From positions 13,950,001 to 14,014,000 of the forward strand of contig OX597816.1 in NCBI GenBank assembly GCA_951406725.2: DNA of 64,000 bases. The letters are read 5' to 3'. This document shows positions 26,008-39,614 of this stretch, one piece after another. The DNA is from Octopus vulgaris. Taxonomy: Eukaryota. The translations under genes were made by a program, and so were the position numbers. Every line of letters begins with the position of its first letter. Positions within the stretch are counted from its first letter, which is position 1. The notes beneath the pieces are model-generated. The model ran no database searches. It was not told where the DNA came from and saw nothing but the letters and a program-made list of their open reading frames with translations.

Positions 26008-26380
26008 CCAACATGGCTATATAAATGAAATAAAGCTAACATAGGTTTACTCATACCAAACACTGACATGGCTGTGTGGAGGAAGCTCGTTTTCCAACCA
26101 CATGGTCCCTGGTTCAGTCCCACTGCATGGCACCTTGTGCATGTGTTCTACTATAGCCTTGGGCTGACCAAAGCCTTGTAAGTTGATTTGCTTGATGGAA
26201 ACTGAAAGAAACCCATCGTGTGTGTGCTTTGTGTTTGTGTTTACTCCTCCCGACAATTGTTTGACAACCTGTGTTGGTGTGTTTATGTCCCTGTAACATA
26301 GCAGTTTGGCAAAATAGATCGATAGAATAAGTACCATGCTTTAAAGAAAAATGTACTGGGATCAATTCATTTGACTAAAA

Positions 26381-26656
26381 ATATTATTATTATAATTATT
26401 ATTATTATATAACATCATTATTATATAATAATATTATATAATATTATTATTACATAATATTATTATTATTATATAATATTATTATATATTATAATATTAT
26501 TATTATTAATATATTATTAATATATAATATTATTATTACATAACAATATTATTATTATATAATATTATTATTATTAATATATTATTAAAATATATCATTT
26601 TTAATTACTATTAAAAATATTATATTATTAAAATATTATTATTATTATTATTATTA
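26381..26656. repeat. Almost pure AT (ATT/AAT) low-complexity tract
   Basis: Direct reading. Confidence 0.9.
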
Positions 26657-27349
26657 ACCCTAGTCTGTCTTAAAGAAGACAACATAATAATCTGCCTTAT
26701 GCTCACAAATGGCACAAACACACACTATAAAAGTACTTGTAATAACACTAATTCTTATAAACCCACAAAAATATTCTAATCTTACTAAACAATAATTAAA
26801 CCAAATTAACACAAAAGCCACAGCTGTAATTAAAGAGGAATGGCCCAAGCCAGATACACCACTTTGGTTTATATCAAGACAAGTCTGGGAGATTGACGTT
26901 ACCAGCATTGCTTGATGTATTATTGTGTGTGTGTGTGTGTGTGTGTGAGTGTGGATAAACTAGGACTTGTGTGTATGCGTTTCACAATAGAACACTTGTT
27001 TCATTATTGTTTGTGTGTGTGTGTTGGACTCACAATCATGAGGTAGTGAGTTTGATTACCAAACCACGCCGTGTTATGTTCTTGAGCAAAACACTTCATT
27101 TCACATTGCTCCTATCTTCTCAGTTGGGTAAATGGGTAACCCTGTGACTGATTAACCTTCCAATCAAGGGGAGCGTTGGCCTGCTCCCCTAGCCAGCAGG
27201 GTGGTGTCATTCAAAAGCTAAAATGATACAAAATGCATTGTGACCAGCAATGTATAACAAATTCCAATAGTCTGGTTATTACCGAGACCATAATATACAG
27301 TCACCCCCCGCACACATGTATGTATGTATGAATGAGAATACACGTATAT

Positions 27350-27800
27350 ATCTTGTCTTCTTGACTTGAGACAGCATTCACCCGGGGTGGGTTGAGCTGG
27401 CTTCATTCATCCTCAATGCTGCATCTCTCACAAACGCTGACCAGACCTGGCGATTTGAGGCTAACGACCACGTGATCGCCAACCACTCCTTATTCCAGTG
27501 GCGAATGCCATAGACATGGGGGCCTAGGTTGGATTCCAGATCAGCCTTGACTGTCATCAGCCAGGTTTTTCGTTGTCCACCACATCGCTTTTGCCAACCC
27601 TGAAGGGGAGCTGGGGCAATTGCTTTGTAGATGAATTCTCCTGGTTGACGACGGAGGGCATGACCCAGCCAACGCAGACGTCTCGTTAGGATGACTTATC
27701 GGAAGGAGGTGATTTTGTACTGATGTCGCACCGAATTGTTGGAGACAAAGTGACGCCATCAGACACGAAGCATGTGGCATAGACAGAGGTGATCGAAGGA
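27350..27800 (-). mobile_element. Degenerate RTE-clade LINE 3' fragment (second family)
   Basis: Manual translation: RRLRWLGHALRRQPGEF..GWQKRCGGQRKTWLMTVKADL..NRQVWSAFVRD, with in-frame stops. Confidence 0.8.
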
Positions 27801-28057
27801 TTCTAGTCGCTTAATGTCTTCCACTTTACATGTATATATGCAGGAACTGTAATACATATATTTGTGGGGGTGGAAACATATGTTTGTAGTGTTGATTAAA
27901 AACTGTAAAAATAGCTACCATCATTTAACTATTACGGTTGATGTAATTGATTGTCATCTCCTTGGAATCTTTGGCCACAAGCCAAAGTTAGAAACTACTA
28001 TTTTTAGCACAGTTGCATCACGGAAGACTTCTGGCTCAGTTGACTGTATATTTTTAA

Positions 28058-28276
28058 CCCTTTCGTCACTGGATTTATTCTGAGATGCTCTGTGTTTCTT
28101 TCAATCGATTTGAAATGTAACAAAGAATTTAGTAAAATAACTTAATTATCATTCGGTTAGTGTTAGGAACATAAATTGTGACTGTTTGGTGGAAGATTTT
28201 AATTCAAAATTTATGAAAACAAAACATTTGTACTACTGAACCAGAGGCAGTTTCAGCTGGGTTAGCATCAAAGGGG
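28058..28276. mobile_element. piggyBac-like MITE
   Basis: TTAA|CCCTTT ... AAAGGGG|TTAA. Similar ends at ~22577 and ~63770. Confidence 0.65.
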
Positions 28277-28725
28277 TTAAAAATACATGACCAGGACAGG
28301 AAAGGGTCTCAGTTTACAAACTTGCAGGGTGGGGGCAGCAAATTTCAAAAGACTACTATATCTAACACTATGTTTTTTGGGGGGCAGTTTTTTTGTGGTG
28401 GTGAGGATTTTTTTTTCTCTTAGAAATAAAGTATTTAAATTATTTTTTCATCTGGTTTGCAATATTCCTTATGAGAATTCGTTTTGAAACAAATTTTTTG
28501 TATCTGTGAGGAGTGATATTAAAACACTATGACTCTCTCAAGACACAACATTATTTTAATCATATAGGTGTAAGAGTGGCTGTGTGTTAAGAAGCTTGTG
28601 TCCCAAATACATGGTCCTGGGTTCAGTCCCACTGCATGGCACCTTGGGCAAGTGTCTTCTACTATAGCCTCGGGCCAAACAAAGCCTTCTAAGTGGATTT
28701 GGTAAATGGAAACTTAAAGAAGCCT

Positions 28726-28766
<41 letters not shown>

Positions 28767-29810
28767 TTGTGCCTTGGAGGGTAACTTTCTAGGTGCAATC
28801 CCATGGTCATTCATGACCGAAGGGGGTCTTTACCCTTTATATAATGTGTGCGTGTGCGCGCGCGTGTATATTTCTCTGTCTGTTTGTCCCCCACCATCGC
28901 TTGACAACCAATATTTAGCTTGTAACAACGATAAAAAAAATTGAAAGATGTAGAACTATTTCTTGTGAACTTTCATCCATGCTTGTCCTGATTCCCGCCT
29001 TACTTGAAGGTTACGCATTTCTTGTGATACCCAACAATTTCAATGTCTTTTTAAAAAAAAAAAAAAACACTTTCGCTTTTTATTCTTCATTTCGCTGTAC
29101 ATTCTTCTAAAACATCTACAGTACCTCCATGTTGTCAAAAACGTGCTAGAAACAGCAGTCAAATCTCTCTCAAATTTCATTTCATCGTCTTAAGAAAAAG
29201 AAACTGTCGCATTTGATAAAAATATTCTTTTTCTGTCTGAAAAAAAAAAGATGATCATATCACAATGATGTTAAATTAGAATAGCGCGTAACGAGGACAA
29301 CTTTTTTTAATGTAACAGTAACAAATAAACAACACCATAAAGTCATTTAACAAGAAATGTCAATATAATGAAGTATTGAAAAAAATTCTTTATTTATTTA
29401 TAAGATAGAGTAGAAATATTTCAATTAAGGAATTAATTTAAAACGTGAGCTAAAGCGAATGTTATAAAAAGCGGAATTGTTTGAGCGGAAAACGAAACAT
29501 TCCCAAAGCAAATCTGTTACATGTGTGAAACTCAAATCGCGTCGATTATGCGAGGCATGCAGACAGCTTTATTTATCGAGATAACATCAGGCAAAAGTAC
29601 TATTATTTTCATGACCTTTTCTATAAAAGTAAAAAAGGTGGATTCATCGCTGCTTTGTTTCCTGTTGCATATGTATTATTCTAATTTTAATTTAAAAGTA
29701 CAACAATTTCCGTAAACCTTGTTGTGATTTCACATGTGATGTGTCCCTTTCAAATGAAACATTTTGCTATAATACACAGCTGTTTCTATGTCAAAGCATT
29801 TTGTTTTATT

Positions 29811-30230
29811 GGATCTTTTCTGTTTGACCGGCAGTTTTTAACATAATTTCTAGGTAACTAAACATTTTAAAACTTCGTATATTGGTAGAATATGTTTATA
29901 AAACACCTTTTTCTCTTGGCTTTATTGAGCAAATTCTATAGTTTGTAAGATATTTGTTGTTTTTTTTCTTCAATTTCTGCAATTTCAACCAATCAATGAC
30001 GTCTATTGAGGTAAACAACATTCTGTGCCGTATGAATATGTCCCTCGTTTAAGAAACAGATTCGGTTTATTTACATTTCTGAAGAAAAAAAGATACCCTT
30101 CCCCTACCCCTGACTCTAACTAACCCTAACACAGATTGAAATGCAATAGATCGATACTAGGGTCATAATTATGGGTGACAATTTCATATGACACCGCTAG
30201 AAAAAACTGCCGTTCAAACCGAAAAGATCC
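29811..30230. mobile_element. MITE with 29-bp TIRs, internal telomere-like CCCTAA motifs and a 17-bp flanking duplication
   Basis: GGATCTTTTCTGTTTGACCGGCAGTTTTT ... AAAAACTGCCGTTCAAACCGAAAAGATCC (2 mismatches); flanks AAGCATTTYGTTTTATT. Confidence 0.85.
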
Positions 30231-30559
30231 AAGCATTTCGTTTTATTTTCTGTTTTATTCTTTACGTCGAATACCGAGCTAACAAAAAATGTATCGAATA
30301 GCCGTCCCTCATCCAGGGGTCGGCAGTTCGTATCCAGTTTCTGGCATTGCATTGTATGTATGTATCTGTGGCCTTGACTCTTGACAGTTCATTTTCAACT
30401 GTCCAGTTTATCTTACTCTAGAAACTCTACACGAAAATAAACTCGTAATGCATCTTCTTATCATACAGAATCCACATGTATCAGAAGATTCGCCATTACG
30501 TAAATGTAGGTGCCCTCTGTAATGCAGAGCTAAGTTCAGGGTTAGCCTTGTCCGTCACT

Positions 30560-31232
30560 TACTTTCGATCGTTTGGTCGGAAGCAGTTGCAGTCACTTCA
30601 CATCATGCACATCGCTAATTACACTAACGTCTCAAAATTCCCTAAACCACCTCTTAGACATGGAACTCTTGTCTATATAACCCCTATCTTGCCTGGGATA
30701 TTAATCGTTTGGAAACCGTTCAGCGACGTGCAACCAAGAGAATACCCTCAATCAGGCATTTGCCATATTCTGAACGCCTTACTTCCCTGGGCATGGACAC
30801 ACTGAAACTCCGAAATCTGGCAGCTGACTTGGTAAACACCCATAAAATTATTAACCATCTTACTAACAATAACTCTGAGCACCTTTTCAAACTCCACCTG
30901 TTTAACACCCGTGGACATGTTTACAAAGTCAGAAAACAGCACAGCTCCCATGACTTTCGGAAACATTTTTTCACGCTAAGAGTTGCTGAAGCATGGAACA
31001 AACTGCCGGCATCAGTTGTTAGTTGTCGGATCACTGCATCCTTCAAAACTTCCATGTTCCCTGAGATTCGCCAACACAACACCTGATTTTCTCCACTCCA
31101 TACACACGCAAGCATGTATCTGACTCATACACTGTTCACTTCTCAGACATTTGTACATTACTGCATATGCTTTATACGCACTTTTGACAAGTTGTGGTGC
31201 ACCTGAGCACCGTATACAATAATTTCGTTATT
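30560..31232 (+). mobile_element. 5'-truncated CR1-clade LINE
   Basis: LETVQRRATKRIP.IRHLPYSERL..L..TL..R...DL...HKI..TRGH.YK..RKHFFTLRV...WNKLP..VV, followed by a short 3' UTR. Confidence 0.9.
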
Positions 31233-31331
31233 AGAATCACCAATAATTACGTTGCTGGTGCACCTTAAATAGTAAACTCACAGGAATTCTCCTACTTATT
31301 AGTTTCGCTTCTCACTAAACACAACATTTTG

Positions 31332-31685
31332 TGGAAGCACTCCGTCGGTTACGACGATGAGGGTTCCGGTTGATCCGAATCAACGGAACAGCCTGCTCGT
31401 GAAATTAACGTGTAAGTGGCTGAGCACTCCACAGACACGTGCACCCTTAACGTAGTTCTCGGGGATATTCAGCGTGACACAGAGAGTGACAAGGCCGTCC
31501 CCTTGAAATACAGGTACAACAGAAACAGGAAGTAAGAGTGAAAGAGTACAGCAGGGATCACCACCATCCCTGCCGGAGCCTCGTGGAGCTTTTAGGTGTT
31601 TTCGCTCAATAAACACTCACAACGCCCGGTCTGGGAATCGAAACCGCGATCCTACAACCGCGAGTCCGCTGCCCTAACCACTGGG
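31332..31685 (-). mobile_element. SINE family C
   Basis: Matches 45517-45897 and 32748-33120. Confidence 0.85.
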
Positions 31686-32747
31686 CAGATATGGAATTAG
31701 TGAGGTGTAGCGGTTGGTGTGTTGCTCTCGCGATCGTAAGATTGGGTTTTCGATTCCAGGACCTGCCGGTGCGTTGTGTTCTTGAGCAAAATAATTCCTT
31801 CCACATTGCACCAGTCCACTCAGCTGTAAATGATTAACTCTGCGACGGACTGGCTTCCCGCTCAGGGGGAAATATCGCGATCTCAAGTCACTTACACGCA
31901 GGGTCGTCGCTAAGCCACCCCTGCGGTCGCAGAGGGGCTCCGTGGTTGAAGGACCCCATGTTAAGATCAAAGTACATTGATGAGTCATCTATTTACTTTG
32001 GTTAAGATGTCGAACAAGAATTAAACTATGTTGATTGATAAGTTCAAGAAATAAAATGGTAATAATATATTGTACCAAAAGTTCTTGTAAAAATATTACA
32101 TTGTACCACGAACGTGTACCAGGCTTTGTGGATTGTCTGTGATATCTATTGAACACGAACTTATCTCTCGGCCTGATTATTCTGAACTTATCGATGATTC
32201 CACGTAGCGAAAAGTGCGCCGTGTTTGTCTTTGAAAGTTGACTGGATTATAAAAGTTCTCTTTTATTCATAGCTGGAAGTTTTACTTATTGAAATTTGTA
32301 ACGGACCTAAATAAGTTTAACTTGTCGTAACTTAGGATAACGTGAAATATTGAACTTCAGATAGGATAAAGTAAAATGTAGCTATGAATAAAAGGTGCGT
32401 AGATTGTGAAATTTGAATGAAGGGACGGGGGCTTCGAAACAAAAAGTTGCAGGGGGCATCTAAAAGTCACGCGACGGAGCTGCTTATACGCCATGAAAAC
32501 CGGGTAACCGGCCCAATGGGTCTTATGAATCGAGATAATAATGTTCATATATGCAAGCAGTTCCGATTCACGCTGTATTATACATAAAATAAATATAGCT
32601 TAATCAATGACGAAACGCCAGAAGCACAAATCTGTAAATTAGGCTATCCAGTAATGTATACCAACTGTATAATAATTAGCCTAGACCATGACACCATTAT
32701 GTAGCAGTTGATGTATGCTCTTGAGTGAGTGAAGGAAGCCGAGTCGT

Positions 32748-33442
32748 GGCACTCCGTCGGTTACGACGACGAGGGTTCCAGTTGATCCAATCAACGGAAC
32801 AGATTGCTCGTGAAATTAACCTGCAAGTGGTTGGGCACTCCATAGACACGTATACCCTTAACGTAGTTCTCGGGGAGATTCAGTGTGACACAGAGTGTGA
32901 CAAGGCTGGTCCTTTGAAATACAGGTACAACAGAAGAAAGAGTAAGAGTAAGTTGTGGTGAAAGAGAACAGTAGGGTTCGCTACCACCCCGCTGCTGGAG
33001 CCTCGTGGAGCTTTAGGTGTTTTCGCTCAATGAACACTCACAACGTCCGGTCTGGGAATCGAAATCGCGATCATACGACCGCGAGTCCGCTGCCCTAACC
33101 ACTAGGCCATTGCGCCTCCATGAAGGAAGCCGAGTATATTATCTCTGTAGATAGATTGTTTGTTCCTCGAGCCATGCCTGGCTCATAAGGGCCGGTTTCC
33201 CGGTTTCCTTGGTGTATAGGTTCCCCACCTGGATGGGACACCGGTCCGTTGCAGGCGAACTGCAAGATGCAGAAGGAAAGAGTGAGAGAAAGTTGTGGTG
33301 AAAGAGTCAGCAGAAGTTCGCCATTACCTTCTGCCAGAGCCACATGGAGCTTAGGTGTTTCGCTCATAAACACAGACATCGCCCGGTCTGAGATTCGAAC
33401 CCGCGAGTCGGCTGCTCTATCCACTAGGCCATGTGCCTCCAC
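32748..33442 (-). mobile_element. Two SINE family C copies
   Basis: 32748-33120 is flanked by a TGAAGGAAGCCGAGT duplication; 33157-33442 is flanked by GTAGATAGATT. Confidence 0.85.
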
Positions 33443-33743
33443 GTAGATAGATTAATAAACCTTAAAACGGATGGCCGACTACTAAAGCAAAAGAGTATGA
33501 ATAATTTTTCTCTCTCTTTGTTGTATAAACTAAGAATATTTTAGTTGACAAATATAGGTCTATGACTTCTACCGGGCTGCAAAGAAATATCGACTTTTGT
33601 TATTTAATGAGTCATTTGGAATTGCAAACGGGTAAATCGTTAGAGGACACATGACATTGATAAAATCCGACCGAGGAAGGCATCTGCTCCAACCAGTCAG
33701 TTTACGTATGCGCCTGTGTCCAGTGTACGCACACACACGTTTA

Positions 33744-33973
33744 GGCGACGAGCTGGCAGAAACGTTAGCACGCCGGGCGAACTACTTAAAGGTATTTCGT
33801 TCGCCGCTGCGTTCTGAGTTCAAATTCCGCCGAGGTCGATTTTGCCTTTCATCCTTTCGGGGTCGATAAATTAAGTACCAGTTACGCACTGGGGTCAATG
33901 TAATCGACTTAATCCGTTTGTCTGTCCTTATTTGTTCCCTCTGTGTTTAGCCCTTTGTGCGTAGTAAAGAAAT
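33744..33973 (+). mobile_element. tRNA-head SINE family B monomer
   Basis: A box TGGCAGAAACG, B box GAGTTCAAATTC, core GCCTTTCATCCTTTCGGGGTCGATAAATTAAGTACCAG, tail GTAAAGAAATA. Other copies at ~19836, 23232, 23469, 34412, 38478 and 63225. Confidence 0.85.
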
Positions 33974-35225
33974 AGATTAGCTTTTCATCGTTGTAGTTTT
34001 CGCAAATTGCATAGTTTAAAAGATAAACATCAAACAGGATATGTTCATTGTAAATTTTTTATTACGCATAAGATGCCAGTGGAACTGATTATCACACTGG
34101 TCTTCAATTCTCACCCAGAATTTAATTTCTATCAGTTGTGTATTCATATATTTGTCGGGTAGGTGTCCGTACTATAAAGTTGCATTCTCCTTGAAAACGT
34201 CACATTTGCTATTTGCCGGATATAACATGCATAAAATATTCATATGATACAAAAACGAACACCATACTCTATGCTGCTTAATTACACTTATTAAATTATC
34301 TCAGAGTACTCGGTCCTTGCTGACGCAAACGACAACGATCGGTGAATTTCTCAACAAATAAATAGACATGTTCTGTTGTGTCTGGGGAGAGTTATTTTCT
34401 TTTTGTGCCTTTGGCAGAAACGTTAGCATGCCGGGCGAAATGCGTAGCCGTATTTCGTCTGCCGTTACGTTCTGAGTTCAAATTCCGCCGAGGTCGACTT
34501 TGCCTTTCATCCTTTCGGGGTTGATTAAATTAAGTACCAGTTACGCACTGGGGTCGATGTAATCGACTTAATCCGTTTGTCTGTCCTTGTTTATCCCCTC
34601 TGTGTTTAGCCCCTTGTGGGTAGTAAAGAAATATATAATATAACACACTCACCGGTACAATTTCCACTTTTTTCTTATTTTTATTTTCCTAAAATTTTCG
34701 TTGCGTCTTACAACCTTTTCACTAGTTTTGCAAGACGCAACGAAAATTTTAGGAAAATAAAAATAAGTGAGTGTGTTATATTATAAGGCAGAAAAAGAAA
34801 ATGACTCTCCCCCAGACACAACAGAATATGCTTCAACACACAAACTCATATAAAGAATCTTGCAAACCAAATCCAAAAACGAAATATAAAATAGCCATGT
34901 ATGTTAATAAAGGGTGCGTGACAAGTAACTCTAGACAGGCGGTTGTCGTTAAACAAAGGGAGGTTATTCTAAATGTTTATGCATAACGCGTTAGTTTCAC
35001 TTTAAGACGCAAATCCTGTCATCCGAGTCCGCCCACCTTTGTTGGAAGAACGACCAGCCCTTCTACGTCACTTATATCTTTGGCGAACAAAATAAATAAA
35101 TAAATATATAATGAAATGAACTTCCTTTTTTCCCATCACTTTTAATCTGATTAAATATAGTACGATTCTTCCACCCGGGTAAAAACTGAACGGAATATGC
35201 CGGCTACTACCATTTCAGAATATTT

Positions 35226-35257
<32 letters not shown>

Positions 35258-35821
35258 TATGGGAATAACTGCCGATGAGATTTTGTGAACTTTATGAAAA
35301 AAGGGGAAAGATGTTCTCCTGGGGTTACAAGCTACAGTAGCATCCACTCTTAGTGGTTAGCCACATTTACGTGACAAATATACTTCACTTTGACGTGCAA
35401 GCTACTGTTTATACCTCGTTCAGAGATTTATTATTTTAAAAAATTATTGTTGGTATTTAATGTGAGAGATGTTACTCGTCTCCTAAATGTTTATAACTAC
35501 TTTATTCTAGTCGTACGATGCTAATGTTTCACCGAGGACTACATTAAAAATCAAACCAAACACCTCTTTTTTTTTCTCACAAGCCACTGAGGGGGCTTCA
35601 CGAGAACACACGAGACGTAGTCAAGACGGTGAGCTCGCAACTGGCACACCTTTGATTATAATAAGTCTGAGTTGACCTTGAGTTAACATTAACGACAACT
35701 TTTCCTCTTGTCTTCCCTCTATTATATCGTTTCTCCATTTGGTCTCATCTATCCTCTATGTGTGTGTGTGTGCGCGTGCGATAACGTTTCTGCCACCTCG
35801 CCGCCTTTTTGGATACACAAA

Positions 35822-36425
35822 TATTCTTTTCTACTCTGGGCACAAAGTTCGAAATTTTTGGGGAGGGGGCCAGTCGATTAGATCTGCTCCAGTAGGCAAC
35901 TGGTACTTAATTTATCGACCCTCGAAAGGATGAAAGGCAAAGTTGATCTCGGCGGAATTTGAACTCAGAACGTAAAGACACTCGAAATACCGCTAAGCAT
36001 TTCACCCGGCGTGCTAAAGTTTATTATTTTTTTATTGCCCACAAGGGGCTAAACATAGAGGGGACAAACAAGGACAGACAAAGGAATTAAGTCGATTATA
36101 TCGACCCAGTGCGTAACTGGTACTTAATTTATCGACCCCGAAAGGATGAAAGGCAAAGTCGACCTCGGCGGAATTTGAACTCAGAACGCGACGGCAGACG
36201 AAATACCTATTTCTTTACTACCCACAAGGGGCTACATAGAGAGGGGACAAACGGATTAAGTCGATTATATCAACCGCAGTGTGTAACTGGTACTTATTTA
36301 ATCGACCTCGAAAGGATGAAAGGCAAAGTTGACCTCGGCAGAATTTGAACTCAGAACGTAGCGGCAGATGAAATACTGCTAAGCATTTCACCCGGCGTGC
36401 TAACGTTTCTGCCAGCTGCTGCCTT
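35822..36425 (-). mobile_element. SINE family B monomer plus dimer
   Basis: Three cores; junction GACGAAATACCTATTTCTTT at ~36200. Confidence 0.85.
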
Positions 36426-37071
36426 AAGTCTTGTACATAATTAACCCTTTATTCTGTCATTTTATGTCGTCAAACTTGGTGGAATATTAGATGCACTCCA
36501 ATTGAAGAAATACATATTCTGTGTCACAGACATTACTTATGGCATGCTCAACTTCACATATAGAACTCAGGGTAAATTTTTTTTTAAGAAATTTATTTAA
36601 AGAAAATAAAGTATCTTACAGTATTTATGGCTTGCTGTGACAACTATTGCCCCTCACTCAAGGTGTATTCTCCAAATGTCTTACAGAATGAAGTGAATTT
36701 TTTGTTAGGTTTCCAAAGATCAAACTGTAGCTCAAAAGCTCTAGAGACAATAAGGGAAAATGTAATTAACAAATGTAATTGATAGAAATAGGATGCAAGT
36801 GACAATAACCAAGTCTTTTGTAATATGACAGTGTCAATAATAATTTACAATAATAGCTTTCTATTTGATTAATATTTCGTTTTTGGATTTGGTTTGCAAG
36901 ATTCTTTATATGAGTTTGTGTGTTGAAATACAAGGCACAAAAAGAAAATGACTCTCCCCAGACACAACAGAATATCGGATTAATGTTTTTGTTTTTTGTT
37001 GTTTTTTTTTTTTTTGCGAGTTTCATTTAAAAGCTTGACAGATCTGTTCTGCATCAACATGTCTCAAACTG

Positions 37072-37500
37072 CTAGATTGATAATGCCTGAGTCATGAGTT
37101 CAAAGACAGCCTAATGCAACATATGGCTTTTCGAAAATACAGCTATCACCTTTGTATCTGCAGGACAGGATTTCATGTTTACAGAACATAGTTATGCATA
37201 AAACCCACAAGGGCGATTACTGTCCAAATCTCCGACCAATCACATACAGCTAGCTGGCATTCAATTGGCATATCAAGTTTCAGGCATTTTCATTGGGTTT
37301 TGGATAGAAAATTCACAAAAGAGTCACTTCTATTGATTTTTTAATGGCTTTGCTGGGTGACTGGGGAAATGTAAAGATGTACACGACCACCCTTGGATGG
37401 TTTTGAATGACCATAGAAAGTGCGAGCCCTCTGACTGAAAAATTGTGGATTTTTATAAAGGACACACACACAGACATTTTGCCGTTTATATATATAGAGA
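37072..37500 (-). mobile_element. Probable older non-autonomous Helitron
   Basis: 5' A|TCTCTATATATATAAACGGCA resembles the 2920 terminus. CTAG at 37072 has a degenerate palindrome nearby. Confidence 0.45.
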
Positions 37501-37924
37501 TGATGAAATTAAGTTTTGTTATAATAATTTGATTTATTTTTGTATTAAGTCTGGTTTAGTGACAAACACAGGTGATTTTGTATCAGGAAAATACTGGATA
37601 AACAGCCAAGAGGTCAGCTGTTCTTATACCCTCACTAACACTGCAGGGTGTTTGTGATCAAGACATTTTAGAAAATTTCACTTTCAATACCTGAGTTCAC
37701 CTGATTTTAAGTATACCCTGCAGTATGTTGTGTTGTGCCACTGTAAGCAGTAACAAAACAATTCTCCCGTTGACATGATGTTCTGCTGAATTTATTTTCT
37801 TTGATAGGAGCCTTCACAATCACTCAATCACTCGTAATTGCTTGAATTGTTGGGTCCCACTATTATCAAAAATGTGAATGTCTTCTGACAAAAGGATGTC
37901 CTTAACATAGCTTGGACTAACTCC

Positions 37925-39078
37925 CATCATCATCATCATCATCATCATCATTTAACATCCGTTTTCCATGCTAGCATGGGTTGGATGGTTTGACTGGGGT
38001 CTGGGAAGCCAGGAGGCGGCACCAGGCTCCAGTCTGATCTGGCAGTGTTTCTACAGCTGGATGCCCTTCCTAACACCAACCACTCTGTGAGTGTAGTGGG
38101 TGCATCGACCATGTACGGATGGTGCTTTTTACGTGCCTGGAGAGGCTGGCAACGGACACTCAATAACTGGTATTTTTCTTCAGGGCCATATGATATTTTT
38201 GAAACTCAAATGAGGTCACAAAGGAATATTGGTCTCAAATTTTGATGGCATTGGTCATGGCAGCAGTGGTGGTACAGCCACTGTTGATGCACAATCACAC
38301 AGAAAGATAATCTAACTGATTGGCATAGATTTACTACAGACATAGTCCAGTCTTCAGCCCACGGATATGCCGTCTCCTCTCTACCCCTTATACTACTACC
38401 ATAAAGGTTTCTGTTCCTGTCTAATTTTATACCACCTTCACTCAGGCATTCCTGTCCCCACTTTCCTCTCCCAATCTTATTTCTTTACTGCCCACAAGGG
38501 GCTAAACATAGAAGGGACAAACAAGGACAGACAAACGGATTAAGTCGATTATATCGACCCCAGTGTGTAACTGGTACTTATTTAATCAACCCTGAAAAGA
38601 TGAAAGGCAAAGAGAGTGGTGAGGTGATGGTGCTAATGTCCATCTTGAACCTTCATAAATTAAAACACCTGTGGGGAAGGCATAAACAGGATAGGAATTC
38701 CAGAGAACTGTTCTAGGAAAAAAGGTCTAAGTATAGCAATTAGTGGAGGCCCTGAAAGTTTGGACCCAACAAGTGTGTGTGTGTGTGTGTTAATGTTTGT
38801 TTTCGTGGTCGTCGTCGTCATCCTCATCGTTTAACGTCTGCTTTCCATGCTGGCATGGGTTGGACGGTTTGACTGAAGACTGGTGAGCCAGTGGGCTGCA
38901 ATTTGATCTGGCAATGTTTCTACAGCTGGATGCCCTCCCTAACACCAACTACTCCGAGAGTGTAGTGGATGCTTTTTACATGCCACTGGCATGGGGGCCA
39001 GTCAGGGGGCACGAGCACTGACCATGTTCGGATGGTTCTTTTTATGTGCCACTGGTATGGGGGCCAGTCAGGAGGCAC
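37925..39078 (-). mobile_element. Two family D copies (37925-38160, 38810-39078) around an old LINE remnant and a SINE-B piece
   Basis: (CAT)n-GTTTAACGTC..GGATGCCCTTCCTAA motifs. Confidence 0.7.
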
Positions 39079-39576
39079 TCAGTTTAATAAAAACATGTAT
39101 TGGCCTTTTTTTTCTTGATTCAAAGTAAACTTACTCTTTGCTGTTCTTTAGCCTCAGTTCAACCCTGATTAAATGCAGTTGTGTTGAAAGACGTTCCATT
39201 CATGACCATTCTGTCTTTTTGTATAACAGCAACTTTACCAACCAAGCTTGTTCTCTTGGGAGGGTCATTACGCCAATACTAATAACAACACATGCACTGG
39301 TTCGATATCACTTCTTTACTGTTAGTCAACTGGTTTAATATCCAAATCAACAAACTGATCAATCATTTGTTTAATGTTCTTTATTTAAGATGGTTGAGGG
39401 TATGATTCAAGGGAGATTTGATTGCTATTTTCAGCTAGTTGTTTGACCACATTGACACTCCTTTGTTAAAGTTCAGCCAGCATACATTTGTTACATCATG
39501 TGGTAGTGGTGGTCGTGGTGGGAGATATTATTAGGCAGTGTTCAGCAGACAGACCAGATGTCTGCCAGAATTCTCT

Positions 39577-39614
<38 letters not shown>

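Noticed and set aside
38290-38770. Old LINE 3' remnant with an inverted piece
   Set aside because: Only faint motif similarity; too decayed to classify.
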